Source: Laetmonice hystrix (taxonomy: Eukaryota). From it: a stretch of DNA of 64,000 nt. The DNA lies in the NCBI GenBank assembly GCA_965235115.1, contig OZ249436.1:1366001-1430000 (forward strand). Direction: 5' to 3'. Under the pieces are notes generated by a model. It was given only the letters and a program-made list of their open reading frames with translations. It did not search any database and was not told the DNA's origin. Positions 14,705-28,049 of this stretch are shown one piece after another. The position numbers and the translations under genes are program-made. Numbering within the stretch: position 1 is the first letter of the stretch; each line of letters opens with the position of its first letter.

Positions 14705-15739
14705 GGGTGATTAATCAAGACAGCCAAGAAAACAAAGCGTAAATACGAGTGAATTAAGGAATAAACTGCAGATAACTGCAAAATGTCAGTGCAACAGAAC
14801 AATCTCAAACATCGCTGCTGCATAAATGACGCTAGATGGCGCTCTACGTGTCGTAGATGAAACTCACTGGGCTCACAGCTTCAAAACGTTTTTAACTTTA
14901 ATGACTTTAACTTCAACTAAGTAAGGAGTAGACTTTAGGCTGGTTGACTGGCGATACTGGCTGTCAATATGTATGATTTGAAGTCTAGTCACATCTAGGA
15001 ATGAGAGTGGATGGTGATTGGGTAAGAGATGCTCGTATCATAGGGATCATAAAATTACAATTAGCCGTGATGAGTCGGTCCAGAGAAGCCCTCAGCGTTT
15101 CCCTACCTAATAACCCCCGCATAATGACCTTGTAATGACCTCGTAATACCCCCGTCTATTGTTGCTACGCAGCTGAGCTTCAAATGTATGCCACAGGTAT
15201 ATGATATATATGTATTAAGTAGGTGCTGGTGTGGAGATACGTCTGGCAGCTCTTCACAAAATGGGTCCTGGATGAACAATTAACGCCTTTATATTACCAG
15301 ATTACCCGAAAATTTATCTGAATGAGCTCGCCATGAACAAATGGAATATGAAAAATGCATAGCGGCAGAACAGTAAATCATGTATTTGTGGCTTCCCTGC
15401 GTTCTGTCCCTAATCATGGCGGGGGAAGCCATTCAATGGCGGGGGAGGGGGCCCTCCTGGGTAATGGACCCTGTAATCCGTGGGACACGACCTACTTGGC
15501 AGAGACTTTACCTACCCTGTTACCCTGCTGCCTGGCGAGTCGAGCTGTCCAGTGTGTAGCTAACGCTGATGGCTTCTATAAGTGTTTAATGCTGAGATGC
15601 CACAAAAGATCCACGCAATAGGTTTTTAAGTAGGATATATCTGCGACTTATAAATAATGCTACGGACTTCCAGGGGTGCGTGTCACGATGACGGACGGCA
15701 CACGGTCGGTGCCCCATATATTATCTACCCCCCCCCCTT

Positions 15740-16392
15740 TTGTACCACCATATCTGCTCCGATGTACCGCCATATCTATGCTCCACTGTACCACCATATC
15801 TATGCTCCACTGTATCACCATATCTATGCTCCACTGTTCCACCATATCTATGCTTCACGGTTTCACGATATCTATGCTCCACTGTACCACCATATCTATG
15901 CTCCACTGTACCACCATATCTATGCTCCACTGTATCACCATATCTATGCTCCACTGTATCACCATATCTATGCTCCACTGTTCCACCATATCTATGCTCC
16001 ACTGTTCCACCATATCTATGCTCCACTGTACCACCATATCTATGCTCCACTGTTCCACCATATCTATGCTCCACTGTTCCACCATATCTATGCTCCACTG
16101 TTCCACCATATCTATGCTCCACTGTACCACCATATCTATGCTCCACTGTACCACCATATCTATGCTCCACTGTTCCACCATATCTATGCTCCACTGTACC
16201 ACCATATCTATGCTCCACTGTTCCACCATATCTATGCTCCACTGTTCCACCATATCTATGCTCCACTGTACCACCATATCTATGATCCACTGTTCCACCA
16301 TATCTATGCTCCACTGTACCACCATATCTATGCTCCACTGTACCACCATATCTATGCTCCACTGTTCCACCATATCTATGCTCCACTGTTCC
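15740..16392. repeat. Minisatellite, 24-bp unit, ~27 copies
   Basis: catatctatgctccactgtaccac. Confidence 0.97.
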
Positions 16393-17555
16393 AAGGGTTG
16401 GGAGACTGTAACAGAAGAGAGGACCCTCTGTCCTTGACCTGCTTTGTTCACTACTTCACTGCCTCAGTATAACGGACTCATGTTTATCATGGTTCAACTT
16501 CCATAATCCCCATCTTGATAAAAACAGGATTCGTCCTGGAAGGGCACATGTGCCCTCGGCGTTCTCCATTCCTAAATGTGGGTTCAGAAGTACGTTGGGA
16601 TGGTGTATTTGGGACACATCTGAACCAACGATTCTTTTGTTCCTTGCCTTGGGGGAAAATGAAGTTGTTAGGATTTAGGTATTTTGCAGATGACAAAACA
16701 AGCTAACGTCACCGGCAAAAGAAATGGAGTTGATGAGGTCGTTTAGTGCATTAGGGCAATACCATGCTGCACCTGCAGTCTCCGAGGGCAATGCCATGCT
16801 GCACCTGCAGTCTCCAAGGAGATGACAATCGATCAAAGATAAAGGTCAGAAGAACGCTGGTGATTTCACTACGGACAAGGTGACTATGCACATAGAAACT
16901 ACCACTGGAGGCAAAAATTACTCTTTACACTTTTTTTTCCAAATTATAATGTGTAAATTGATCAATTGTAGCTTTTTGAACTGGGCAGTTTTAAAACCGG
17001 TATCCCATAAATGACCTAATACAATGGCTGTCAATAGTTCCCTTCTCTGCAATGTTTCGTATTTTCAGAAAAAGTATAGAATTTAAACGTGTCTTTAGTA
17101 GAAAAAAAACGGATGCCCAGATATTATTTGGCTCCTCGTGTCAACCCGAAAAAAGAAGGGACGTGAAAACTGTTCAAGAGGCCTGTGCGTTCAACATGCC
17201 CCAAGAAATGCATGTCCTGAAGAATGTTTGTCAGTAATTTACGCAAAAACATTCTGTGATTGGTTTAAGACGGAGTCGTTCGAGTAATTCACTTTGTGTC
17301 TTTGTGTTGTTTATCCGCTCTCTCATGACGTATCAAGGTTACACAACGTAATAGGAAATGTCACCTTGACAGTCTAGCGTTCTGGTTAAGTGGGGAAAAG
17401 GGGGGAAAACCCGTGCCAAATTTATTGCGAAGAAAGGTAATGCAAATCATAGTTGAAGTTGAAACCTAACATCCTACAAATTAATTTTCCCGAAACGAGT
17501 TTCATGGATGGACAGAAAAATATCGGCTGATATTTTATGGCACAAGAAGATGCGC

Positions 17556-18000
17556 TACGGAGTCCTGTTGTGGACTTGAAGAAAGAAAAAATTCGTTTCA
17601 GAGAAAACGAAATTGTGGTGATCTCGTAATTTCATTAACTCGTTATTACGACTTAATGGCGTCACTAAATCGTTATAACGAGTTAATCGCGTTCGTTTAG
17701 AGAAAAAAGTGTGATCTCGTAATTACCACTTAGTGACGTCATTAACTTGTTATTACGACTTAATGATAACGATTCAGTGACGTCTTTAACCCGTTATTAC
17801 CAATTAATGACATCACTAAGTCGTTATTACGAGATCACCACAAATATTTTTTCTCTGAAAGGAACCTGATTTTCTCGTAATAACGACTTAGTAACGTCAT
17901 TAAGTCGTAATAACGAGTTAATGACGTCACTAAGAGGTAATTACGAGATCACCTCTGAAACAATTTTTTGTTTTCTTCATGTCCCCAACAGGGCTCCGTA
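17556..18000. mobile_element. MITE, copy 2 (TACGGAG...CTCCGTA family)
   Basis: Same termini (tcttcatgtccccaacagggctccgta) and internal repeats as 8618-8892. Confidence 0.75.
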
Positions 18001-19215
18001 GTTTTCGCAGTGGACGAAAAATATAATTCCGCGTTTACTCAGAGCGACCGACGACACGCCATGGACACAAATGGCCAGCGTTCTCCGTGGGACTGGTCAC
18101 GTGGCCGCGTGGGATTCTGGGACTAGATGCGGTTGTCATTAACCATTGTCAGCTGAGATGGTGCCTAATGCTCGAGTCGTGTTGCGCGCCACGTGCGGGC
18201 CTCTGGCCGTCGGAGACGATCAGGTGGCCACCGGGGACAGCGGACCGTAACGAGAGTTGATGTGGCCTCAAGGCTTCCGCACGGGCTCAGGGGTGTAATA
18301 AAGGTTGTAGGGACCGTAGACGACAGACAGAGGAGTATTGACAGCGGCCTTGGTGTGTCTGGCTGGATTAACACCCGCCAAAAGACCACTGGCGGACCTC
18401 CATATCCGGTCCACCCACACCTACCCAAGCTCCCCTAATCTGGCCTAGCAAGTCGGATTGACTAACTTTTGAGAAATTAAAAGGCTAATGATGGTGGTAA
18501 TTACTAGGTTTTTCCTGATCAGAACTATTTTAGGAGCTGACATGCCAGGTTCTTCCACAGCAATAGAAGCTAGCTATGATTTTATACCCTTGATCACAAG
18601 GGTTGAAGAAAAACCTAGTAAGTCTAAAAATGGATCAAAGTAATTTTCTTCAAAAAATGGGCTTGCTAGGTTTTTCTAGATCAGGGAAGCAATAGTGTCG
18701 TAGTAGGTCAAGGCCGGGGGATACACATACCCTCTGGTAATTCTGGATAATGTGCCCTTTTGTCAAGTGCCCTCTCTGAATCTCGGACTGTCCCTAGCAC
18801 TTGTCAAGAAGCTCCTAGTCAAGAAGAAGAGGACGAAGAAGAGGAGGAAGAAGGAGGGGAGGAAGAAGAGCGTTCCTTGTTGATTTACTCCGACTAGCCA
18901 AGCAAGGCTTTGCTTATTTCATTTAGACATAATTCTCTTCAAGGTAATTTCTCTCAGACAATCCTCCCCATTTTGGTGTAATCGGCTTTAAGAAGAGAGG
19001 CTCAAAGTTCCTTTTCCTGAGTTCACTTCAAAACATCAAATAGGTTCTGAATGTGTAGATCGGAACCGGATGAACACTAAATTATCGATGGGCTAAGGTA
19101 TCATACACAGTCGTTCAATGAAGCCTATTTCTGACATTTATAGAGGACAGAAAAAGGTCTTGGTGATGAACTTTTTAGATTTGACCATAACATATTGAAT
19201 TCATTTAAATTGCAG

Positions 19216-20408
19216 CCGCATAGTTGCACCTGTAACACCACAATCAGCAGCACCACAACCTGTAATAGTTCCAACACCACAACCTGCAGCACCACAACTT
19301 GTAACAGTACCAACACCACAACCTGTAATAGTTCCAACACCACAACCTGTAGCACCACAACTTGTAACAGTACCAACACCACAACCAGCTGCACCACAAC
19401 CTGTAACAGTACCAACACCACAACCTGCAGCACCACAACCTGTAACAGAACCAACACCACAACCTGCAGCACCACAACCTGTAACAGAACCAACACCACA
19501 ACCTGCAGCACCACAACCTGTAACAGTACCAACACCACAATCTGTAACAGTACCAACACCACAACCAGCAGCACCACAACCTGTAATAGTTCCAACACCA
19601 CAACCTGTAGCACCACAACCTGTAACAGTACCAACACCACAATCTGTAACAGTACCAACACCACAACCTGTAACAGTACCAACACCACAACCGGCAGCAC
19701 CACAACCTGTAACAGTACCAACACCACAACCTGTAACAGTACCAACACCACAACCGGCAGCACCACAACCTGTAATAGTTCCAACACCACAACCGGCAGC
19801 ACCACAACTTGTAACAGTACCAACACCACAACCAGCTGCACCACAACCTGTAACAGTACCAACACCACAACCTGCAGCACCACAACCTGTAACAGTACCA
19901 ACACCACAACCTGCAGCACCACAACCTGTAACAGTACCAACACCACAACCAGCAGCACCACAACCTGTAACAGTACCAACACCACAACCTGCAGCACCAC
20001 AACCTGTAACAGTACCAACACCACAATATGTAACAGTACCAACACCACAACCTGTAACAGTACCAACATCACAACCAGCTGCACCACAACCTGTAACAGT
20101 ACCAACATCACAACCAGCAGCACCACAATTGGTAATGCCCTATTTCCACTGGACACGAGCGCGCGATTTGTTTTTGGTGCGCGCGCGCGCGTCAAAAGTA
20201 GAAATAGTAAGATTACAGTAATTTCCACTGCAATTTCCACAATGGAAATTACTGTAATCTCTTTCTACTTTTGACCCGAGCGCGCGCACCAAAACAAATC
20301 GCTCGCTCGCGTCGAGTCGAAATCGGGCATAACAGTACCAACACAGGCAGCCGGCCATCTGGCCTCGTCCATCTGGCCTCGTCCAGCTGACCCTTCTGTA
20401 CCACACTG
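19216..20408 (+). pseudogene. Pro/Thr/Val-rich repetitive exon or gene remnant (PQPAA / PQPVTVPT repeats), interrupted by a MITE
   Basis: Acceptor ttgcag| at 19215; frame from 19217 is open for ~305 codons; PAA variants are synonymous only in this frame; the frame resumes after the MITE. Confidence 0.5.
20136..20329. mobile_element. PIF/Harbinger-type MITE
   Basis: Near-palindromic, TIR tgccc[t/g]atttc..., exact TAA target duplication at 20133-20135 and 20330-20332. Confidence 0.85.
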
Positions 20409-20969
20409 ACGTGTTTATGGCAGCTACAATCGCAAGTCTTTTTTCATTCACGAACGTTTAACTTTTGAAATTGAGTATGGGAAGATTGGTATGCCATTGG
20501 CAGCTAATTAAAATTTGTTACTAATTGTGACACATTAGACACATAATAATTAGTGCATTAATCAGCGAGCCTTTTAGTTCACTTAAGTTGAGTTTGAAGA
20601 TAAAACTAGACGGATATGATTCTAAACGTGGGCTCTTATATACTTGAGGTAAATTGCATCCCGTTCTGTCTCACTTCAGCCTCATCATCATTACCACTGT
20701 GACCAGGCCTGGAGTAATCCTAATTGTGATTGACGAAAGATGTTATCACGAAGAATGTGACAGTGTTCCAGTCCTGGGGGTCGGTCTATGATAGATGCCA
20801 TGACTGAACAATAGCGAATGAGTATACTCTTTGTGTATTACAGGGGATCAAGAGAGAGAAGTGCCACACGCAAAAATGGACATTTTGTGATCACTTATAA
20901 TACAATGCAATACAATGTGTACGAAATTATTTCCAACAGTGAAAGGAACATATTTGGTTATTCTGACCC

Positions 20970-21630
20970 TGACGTCGTGCGGTCGTTGCTAACGTCGTAT
21001 CGCCTGACACTGGGTCTGCAGTCACGTCTGGTGACGTCGTGCGGTCGTTGCTAACGTCGTATCGCCTGACACTGGGTCTGCAGTCACGTCTGGTGACGTC
21101 GTGCGGTCGTTGCTAACGTCGTATCGCCTGACACTGGGTCTGCAGTCACGTCTGGTGACGTCGTGCGGTCGTTGCTAACGTCGTGTTGTCTGACACTGGG
21201 TCTGCAGTCACGTCTGGTGACGTCGTGCGGTCGTTGCTAACGTCGTATCGCCTGACACTGGGTCTGCAGTCACGTCTGGTGACGTCGTGCGGTCGTTGCT
21301 AACGTCGTGTTGTCTGACACTGGGTCTGCAGTCACGTCTGGTGACGTCGTGCGGTCGTTGCTAACGTCGTATCGCCTGACACTGGGTCTGCAGTCACGTC
21401 TGGTCACGTCGTGCGGTCGTTGCTAACGTCGTATCGCCTGACACTGGGTCTGCAGTCACGTCTGGTCACGTCGTGCGGTCGTTGCTAACGTCGTATCGCC
21501 TGACACTGGGTCTGCAGTCACGTCAGGTCACGTCGTGCGGTCGTTGCTAACGTCGTATCGCCTGACACTGTGTCTGCAGTCACGTGGTGGTGACGTCGTG
21601 GTGACGCCGTGCGGTCGTTGCTAACGTCGA
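20970..21630. repeat. CpG-rich minisatellite, 62-bp unit, ~10 copies
   Basis: tgacgtcgtgcggtcgttgctaacgtcgtatcgcctgacactgggtctgcagtcacgtctgg. Confidence 0.95.
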
Positions 21631-22186
21631 CATTTGACAGTGATATAAAAAGACCCTGAGTTCATTAAATCTTTACAGACATTATTTCTGAAGGCTGCTG
21701 ATGTCTGTTGGTCAAAAGTTTAGGCACATAACCTTTCACACACGCTTGGAAAAGCTATCCAGGGTGGGCTGCATAGTACACTTAGCAAGTTTCTCATCTT
21801 GGAACCGATGTTGAGTGGACATTAGTAGCTCTGACGTTCAATGTGCAGGAAATGGGAACGAAGGGCAGACAGCATGTCCTGGGCGTCACTGGCCGGCTCA
21901 GGTTCCGCAGGTGTAGCCTCCTGTTGGATGAGGCGGGTCTCCCATCCGTCGTCCAGGGGAGGAGCAGCTGTCATCCATGGCTGTGTACCATTCAGCTGAC
22001 ATGGACTGTGCTGGGTTGCCTCAGGTGTCGAGCGTTAGGCGCGATTAGTGCGCCATTAATAGGGAACATCAATTGTCACCTAGCTGGTAACACCCTACAA
22101 TACCTTGGCTGCTCGCGAGTGACACCTCAGTTTGATTGACAGGTTTTATCTGGCAGCACCAGATGTGAAGGACGCGGTGTACGTAA

Positions 22187-22322
22187 TACGGAGCCCCTGG
22201 AGGGACAGGTGGGAATTCTGAGATATTATTTCCTTCCATCGAAATACATTTCGATCCTTCCAAATATATTTCGTTCCCTCGAAATATATTTCGTTCCCTC
22301 GAAATACATTTCGTTCTCTCGT
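22187..22322. mobile_element. Single end of a related TACGGAGCCC DNA element with subterminal repeats
   Basis: tacggagcccctggagggaca followed by ~21-bp repeats of gaaatatatttcgttccctc. Confidence 0.45.
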
Positions 22323-22334
22323 GTCAAATGTCAA

Positions 22335-22384
22335 ATGTCAAAATCGCATGGACGTCGCAAGGAAAATCGCCTTAGTGGATCAGG

Positions 22385-22466
<82 letters not shown>

Positions 22467-23530
22467 CTATTAGGGGAAGGGGGAGAACGAAGCAGAATAT
22501 GTGTTTGGTAAGGATGATTTGGCCTATAGCGACTAACAAACGTTTTATGTTAAAGCAGACTTTTCTTTCTATGCTGGCAACAAAGTACGAGATAGCTAAC
22601 GTAAATAACAATTTCCGGAATAGTGAGACGGCCCACCCGATTCATTAGACTTAATATATTCATGCAATCCATGCTAATCTTCAACAAATTCACGTGAGCT
22701 TTACAACACCAAAACTTAAATAGACCTAGAATGCAGTAGAAAGTGCTTGATAATGATAGGCAAGTGACTTTATTATAATGATGCCATCTGGCTCCATCTG
22801 CTTGAGCGTACGGCTCATAAAAGGGTGTGTCATGAAAATCGCGCTTTTCGAGATATTTTATCAGGTGGTTGACTACAACAGAAGTACGTCAATAAAGGGT
22901 GGCTAATGATTGTGCGATGAGGGAAGAACGCGTTCGTGGGGTCCGGTCATTCCTTTAGTCATCACAAAATAAAACAGCTCCAAGATGTCTTGCAGCTGTT
23001 GGACCGTTGAATTGTCTAGAAGAGGCCAGAGCACCTTTCAAAATCCAACCCATGATCGGCCACAGCCAACAAAGCCAGGCAGAACAAAGGTTGGGCGATT
23101 TGACTGGTATTAGGTATTTTCAAAAGCAGGAAGTAGTTCTTACTTTTCGGTTTTCTTTTTTTTTCAAATCAAGTATGGAAATTGGACATTATGAAATTGT
23201 TTTAATTCCCCGGACGGATTATAGCAGAATTGATGAGAACACTCCGGTGGCAGTACGGCCCCAGGTGTTGACGTGTGATTAATTGATCCGATGATTCCTT
23301 GTCAAGTGTGAGCAATGTGAAGTAGGGTAAAGTGCTGAACCCACCAAGACGATTCCCCTTGCGACGCCCATGCGATTTTGACATCACCCTTTTATTTTAC
23401 TGTAATTTTGAGATTAAAGGATGGAACCCATTTCCTGAAACGGTGAAGGCCAGCCAGGAGTGAAATTCCACCATTAAATCAAAAATCGCATGGCCGTCGC
23501 AAGGGGAATCGCCTTGGTGGGTTCAGGCCT
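22335..23530. repeat. Three dispersed copies of a ~50-bp element (22335-22389 +, 23335-23385 -, 23480-23530 +); probable SINE/LINE 3' tail
   Basis: Shared aaaatcgcatgg-cgtcgcaagg-aatcgccttggtgggttcag; the first copy is followed by (CT)n. Confidence 0.55.
22387..22462. repeat. (CT)n microsatellite
   Basis: Direct reading. Confidence 0.98.
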
Positions 23531-23609
23531 TAAGAGTAAAGTCAGGTCGCAATTTTAAAAATATTTATATTACTGCGTCGAAGCCTGGTCCAAACTGGTA
23601 CTGAACCTA

Positions 23610-24949
23610 AGACTACCTTAAAGCAGTGGGTATGAGCTATAGTATTCTCTGTTGATAAACGATAGACTACCTTAAAGCAGTGGGTACGAGCTAGTATTCT
23701 CTGTTGATAAACGATAGACTACCTTAAAGCAGTGGGTACGAGCTAGTATTCTCTGTTGATAAACGATAGACTACCTTAAAGCAGTGGGTACGAGCTAGTA
23801 TTCTCTGTTGATAAACGATAGACTACCTTAAAGCAGTGGGTATGAGCTAGTATTCTCTGTTGATAAACGATAGACTACCTTAAAGCAGTGGGTACGAGCT
23901 AGTATTCTCTGTTGATAAACGATAGACTACCTTAAAGCAGTGGGTATGAGCTAGTATTCTCTGTTGATAAACGATAGACTACCTTAAAGCAGTGGGTACG
24001 AGCTAGTATTCTCTGTTGATATATGATAGACTACCTTAAAGCAGTGGGTATGAGCTAGTATTCTCTGTTGATATATGATAGACTACCTTAAAGCAGTGGG
24101 TATGAGCTAGTATTCTCTGTTGATATATGATAGACTACCTTAAAGCAGTGGGTATGAGCTATAGTATTCTCTGTTGATATATATATGATAGACTACCTTA
24201 AAGCAGTGGGTATGAGCTAGTATTCTCTGTTGATATATGATAGACTACCTTAAAGCAGTGGGTATGAGCTAGTATTCTCTGTTGATAAATGATAGACTAC
24301 CTTAAAGCAGTGGGTATGAGCTAGTATTCTCTGTTGATAAATGATAGACTACCTTAAAGCAGTGGGTATGAGCTAGTATTCTCTGTTGATATATGATAGA
24401 CTACCTTAAAGCAGTGTGTATGAGCTACTATTCTCTGTTGATAAATGATAGACTACCTTAAAGCAGTGGGTATGAGCTAGTATTCTCTGTTGATAAACGA
24501 TAGACTACCTTAAAGCAGTGGGTATGAGCTAGTATTCTCTGTTGATATATGATAGACTACCTTAAAGCAGTGGGTATGAGCTAGTATTCTCTGTTGATAA
24601 ATGATAGACTACCTTAAAGCAGTGGGTATGAGCTAGTATTCTCTGTTGATATATGATAGACTACCTTAAAGCAGTGGGTATGAGCTAGTATTCTCTGTTG
24701 ATATATGATAGACTACCTTAAAGCAGTGGGTATGAGCTAGTATTCTCTGTTGATATATGATAGACTACCTTAAAGCAGTGGGTATGAGCTAGTATTCTCT
24801 GTTGATAAATGATAGACTACCTTAAAGCAGTGGGTATGAGCTAGTATTCTCTGTTGATATATGATAGACTACCTTAAAGCAGTGGGTATGAGCTAGTATT
24901 CTCTGTTGATATATGATAGACTACCTTAAAGCAGTGGGTATGAGCTATA
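23610..24949. repeat. Minisatellite, 52-bp unit, ~25 copies
   Basis: agactaccttaaagcagtgggtatgagctagtattctctgttgataaacgat. Confidence 0.97.
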
Positions 24950-26496
24950 GTCCTGCACCGTAAATTGGGAACTTGGGAGGTCATCCAGTTCAACCCCCAC
25001 TTGAAACCCCAGAACATGTTATTATATCGTTCTAGGTGATAAAAGTGTGGGCAGTTAGTCTTAATATTTATGCAAACCCGAATGTTATAAAAATAAATCA
25101 TTATTTTATAGTTAGAAAGTGTTATTTTAGAGCGCTGCTGCTCAAAAACCAGTGTACTGGCCGGGTGTCTTGGGCTGGTAGAGCCGTCAACACGTTCGTT
25201 GTCATCGCTTGGGCCAGAGACTGGCCGGCGATAACGTCCTCATAATCTGCATTGGCTACAATTTTATAGCCTGGGTTCGATCTGTTTGTGCTTTCATTGT
25301 CACTTGTGACATCATAGAATAGTTAACTACGTATTTTGATACATAATATTACAATGTTTCACTGACAAAAAGACGGTGCGTGCCTCGTTAAGTCAACTGT
25401 GGCTGTGACGTCATAGATAGGACGTGCGGCACAGTCGTGACGACTAACGTAGACTGCACTATTTTGCTGTCTAGCTCTCGTTTTATTGAAAGATGGATTA
25501 AAATACTACAGAAGCAGAGACTTCGAAGGTCAGTAGATAGTCTCAGAAAATTATAGCATTATAATACCTCCGTAAACATCACTGTAGGCCTCTGATCCTC
25601 CACAGCTTAGATTGGAGCCTGGCTGTCTATTGTGATATTTAACGTCATTATGGAAGTTTTGGGAACTTTTAAATTTCCAAACAAAGCTCGCTGTATTCAA
25701 AACTATAAGGAATCTCGCTAAAAGAAAGATATCTATGGAAACCTTACGATGTGGGGAATAATTCTGGGTACTTTTTTGTACAGGTCGTCGCGACAGATTT
25801 TGCGTGACAAACGCTCGAATCTCGAAAGGTCATGAGTTTTGCGACTTTTTGAGAAACTTCTACGTTTTTCAAACACCTCTGTAGAAATTATAACTTAGCA
25901 ACCTGGTGTAATTTTTATACTGATAAATAGCCTGCAGTCTCTAGTTTTATTTGCTACCATTCCTTAAGTAATTGACTGAGATTCCGCGTCACGACAAGGG
26001 TTTTGATGCGCCGATGTTGAAAAAACTAAGTTTTTAGTTCCCAAAACTCGGTGCAGGATTATAGTACTGTCTGTTGATAAATGGTGAGCAACAAGAAAGG
26101 TGGCAGAGATGGACTTTGGTCTCGAGAGTCTCTCGTGAAGATTTACAACTTGAGCAACACACTTCAGTGATACAAGGTAGGGTGTCTGACTGCATGATGG
26201 AAACAAGATTGTATGTAATCTCGGATCTCTTTTTCCCCATACCCACCCCTCAATTCCCTCTTTATTCCATTGGTCGTAATGGTTGTGATAATTATGTTGT
26301 ATGGCTCCAAGTAATGTCCTCATGAGTTTTATCGTTTTTATATCTAATTCGCCTTGTGCATTCAATCGTGTTTTATATGGTGTTTTATAAAAAAGGCAAA
26401 TAGAATATATCTTATAACACTTCTCGTTCTACTGCGTGTTCAATTATCCGAGAATGTCATAATGGAAGACGACGGTTGCTCCTCCTGTGCTCCATA

Positions 26497-27137
26497 TATC
26501 GGGTGTCCCAGAAAGAGTGAACCGCTTTTTGACAAGTATTTTCTCGGTGATAGATAAACCGAATTCATTGAAGATTTCCACACTGTAACCTTAGGTTATC
26601 ATCAACTAGTCTGCAAAATATCGAAAAGATCTGACAGAAATTTTGCGAGTATTGTCAAATTCAAAACAGCATGTCAAAAAATCTGATATCAAAGGAAAAC
26701 ACTTATTTCAGTTTATGCTCAATGTGGCCTCCATCTTCCTTCACGACTAAAAGAAGCCGTTTCTTTCAAGCAGAAATGCTTTTATGTATTTCTTCCATCG
26801 ATATCTTCTCCCATGACATAATTATCCTGTCCTTTAACACCTGCTCGGTCAATTTGTCTCTCAGTCCCCGGTAAACTTTCTCCTTCTGAGAGTTCCATAT
26901 GGCATAATCCATGAACATGATGTATGTCACATTGCACAGTTTTGATATCGGATTTTTTGACATGCTGTTTTGAATTTGACAATACTCGCATAAGTTCTGT
27001 CAGATCTTTTAGATATTTTGCAGACTTGTTGATGATACCCTAAGGTTATTGTGTGAAAATTTTCAATGAATTCGGTTTATCTATCACCGAGAAAATACTT
27101 GTCAAAAAGCGGTTCACTTTTTCTGGGACACCCGATA
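26497..27137 (-). mobile_element. Non-autonomous Tc1/mariner element retaining the transposase C-terminus
   Basis: ~195-bp TIRs (tatcgggtgtcccagaaa...), TA duplication. Core translates to MDYAIWNSQKEKVYRG...SISA*KKRLLLVVKEDGGHIEHKLK. Confidence 0.88.
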
Positions 27138-27246
27138 TATATTTATCATATTTTCTATTGTTGATGATAATTTTCCATCTACTATCCACAAACGAGGCAA
27201 CAGGTTATTGTATGCCGTATAATCATCATGATGCTTCATTCCGGTG

Positions 27247-27340
27247 CTTCTTCTTCTTCTACTTCTACTTCTACTTCTTCTTCTTCTTCTTCTTCTTCTA
27301 CTTCTTCTTCGTCTTCTTCAACTTCTTTTTCCTTTTCTTC
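27247..27340. repeat. (CTT)n-type microsatellite
   Basis: Direct reading. Confidence 0.9.
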
Positions 27341-28049
27341 TTGTTTTTTTAACCCGATCTCACTGCTTGCACTGAGTCTTAATGAATGCTGTCTAGATAT
27401 ACGTAGCGGATTCATCAGAATGCCAGTCAGTCCCGTTACGAAGACAGGTCAAACAAAGCGATTTCTTATTAATTATGCTTGACAACCGAAGTGGCTGAAC
27501 ACCACGTACACAGGCAGGTGAAAATAAATGAATACTAAAATCTACTCGTATTTAAAACCATGTCTTCACTTTGACTGTTCTCTCGTATGAGATTAACAAA
27601 AAAACATGGCGGATATAGTGGAACTTTACATAAGAGAACATGCTTTGAATATTTTAGGTATACTGAATCCTTACAGTGGAGACTGGCTGTACATTTCTAA
27701 CAGTATGTGTCATGTTTGATATTGGCCGCCTGGGGTTTTTCTTATTTTGGGGTGGAAGGAGAGATTACATATAGCTTTTAAAATATTAAAACATTAAAAT
27801 AAACATTAACATTAACATATTAATAATTTTAAAACAGCTTACCCGTCGAGAGGTGGCGCCACAGTATATTCAGTCCTTTAATTCGAACTCGCTTTGAAAA
27901 AGCCACGAATGAACATCTGCTCAATGAAACTTTTCGCACACAGAACGCGAGTAGAGGAAAAAAATCGAGAGACCTGCAGTAACTTTCCAAGGTGGTGTTT
28001 CAAAAGGTTCTTGATAAATTAACATAGCGACGCCTGGTCCAGATTCATC

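Noticed and set aside
15657..16472. His/Tyr/Pro-rich ORF (HHIYAPLY)n
   Set aside because: 24-bp minisatellite open in most frames, with no splice or codon evidence.
19125..20274. 359-aa Thr/Cys mucin-like ORF and 371-aa poly-Val ORF
   Set aside because: Shadow frames; synonymous variation points to the third, Pro-rich frame.
21822..22030. Coding-like minus frame (APPLDDGWETRLIQQEATPAEPEP...)
   Set aside because: Short, no clear acceptor or homology.
27840..27975. THAP-like fragment (TRVLCAKSF) before a gtaagc donor
   Set aside because: Key His absent and an in-frame stop; too weak.
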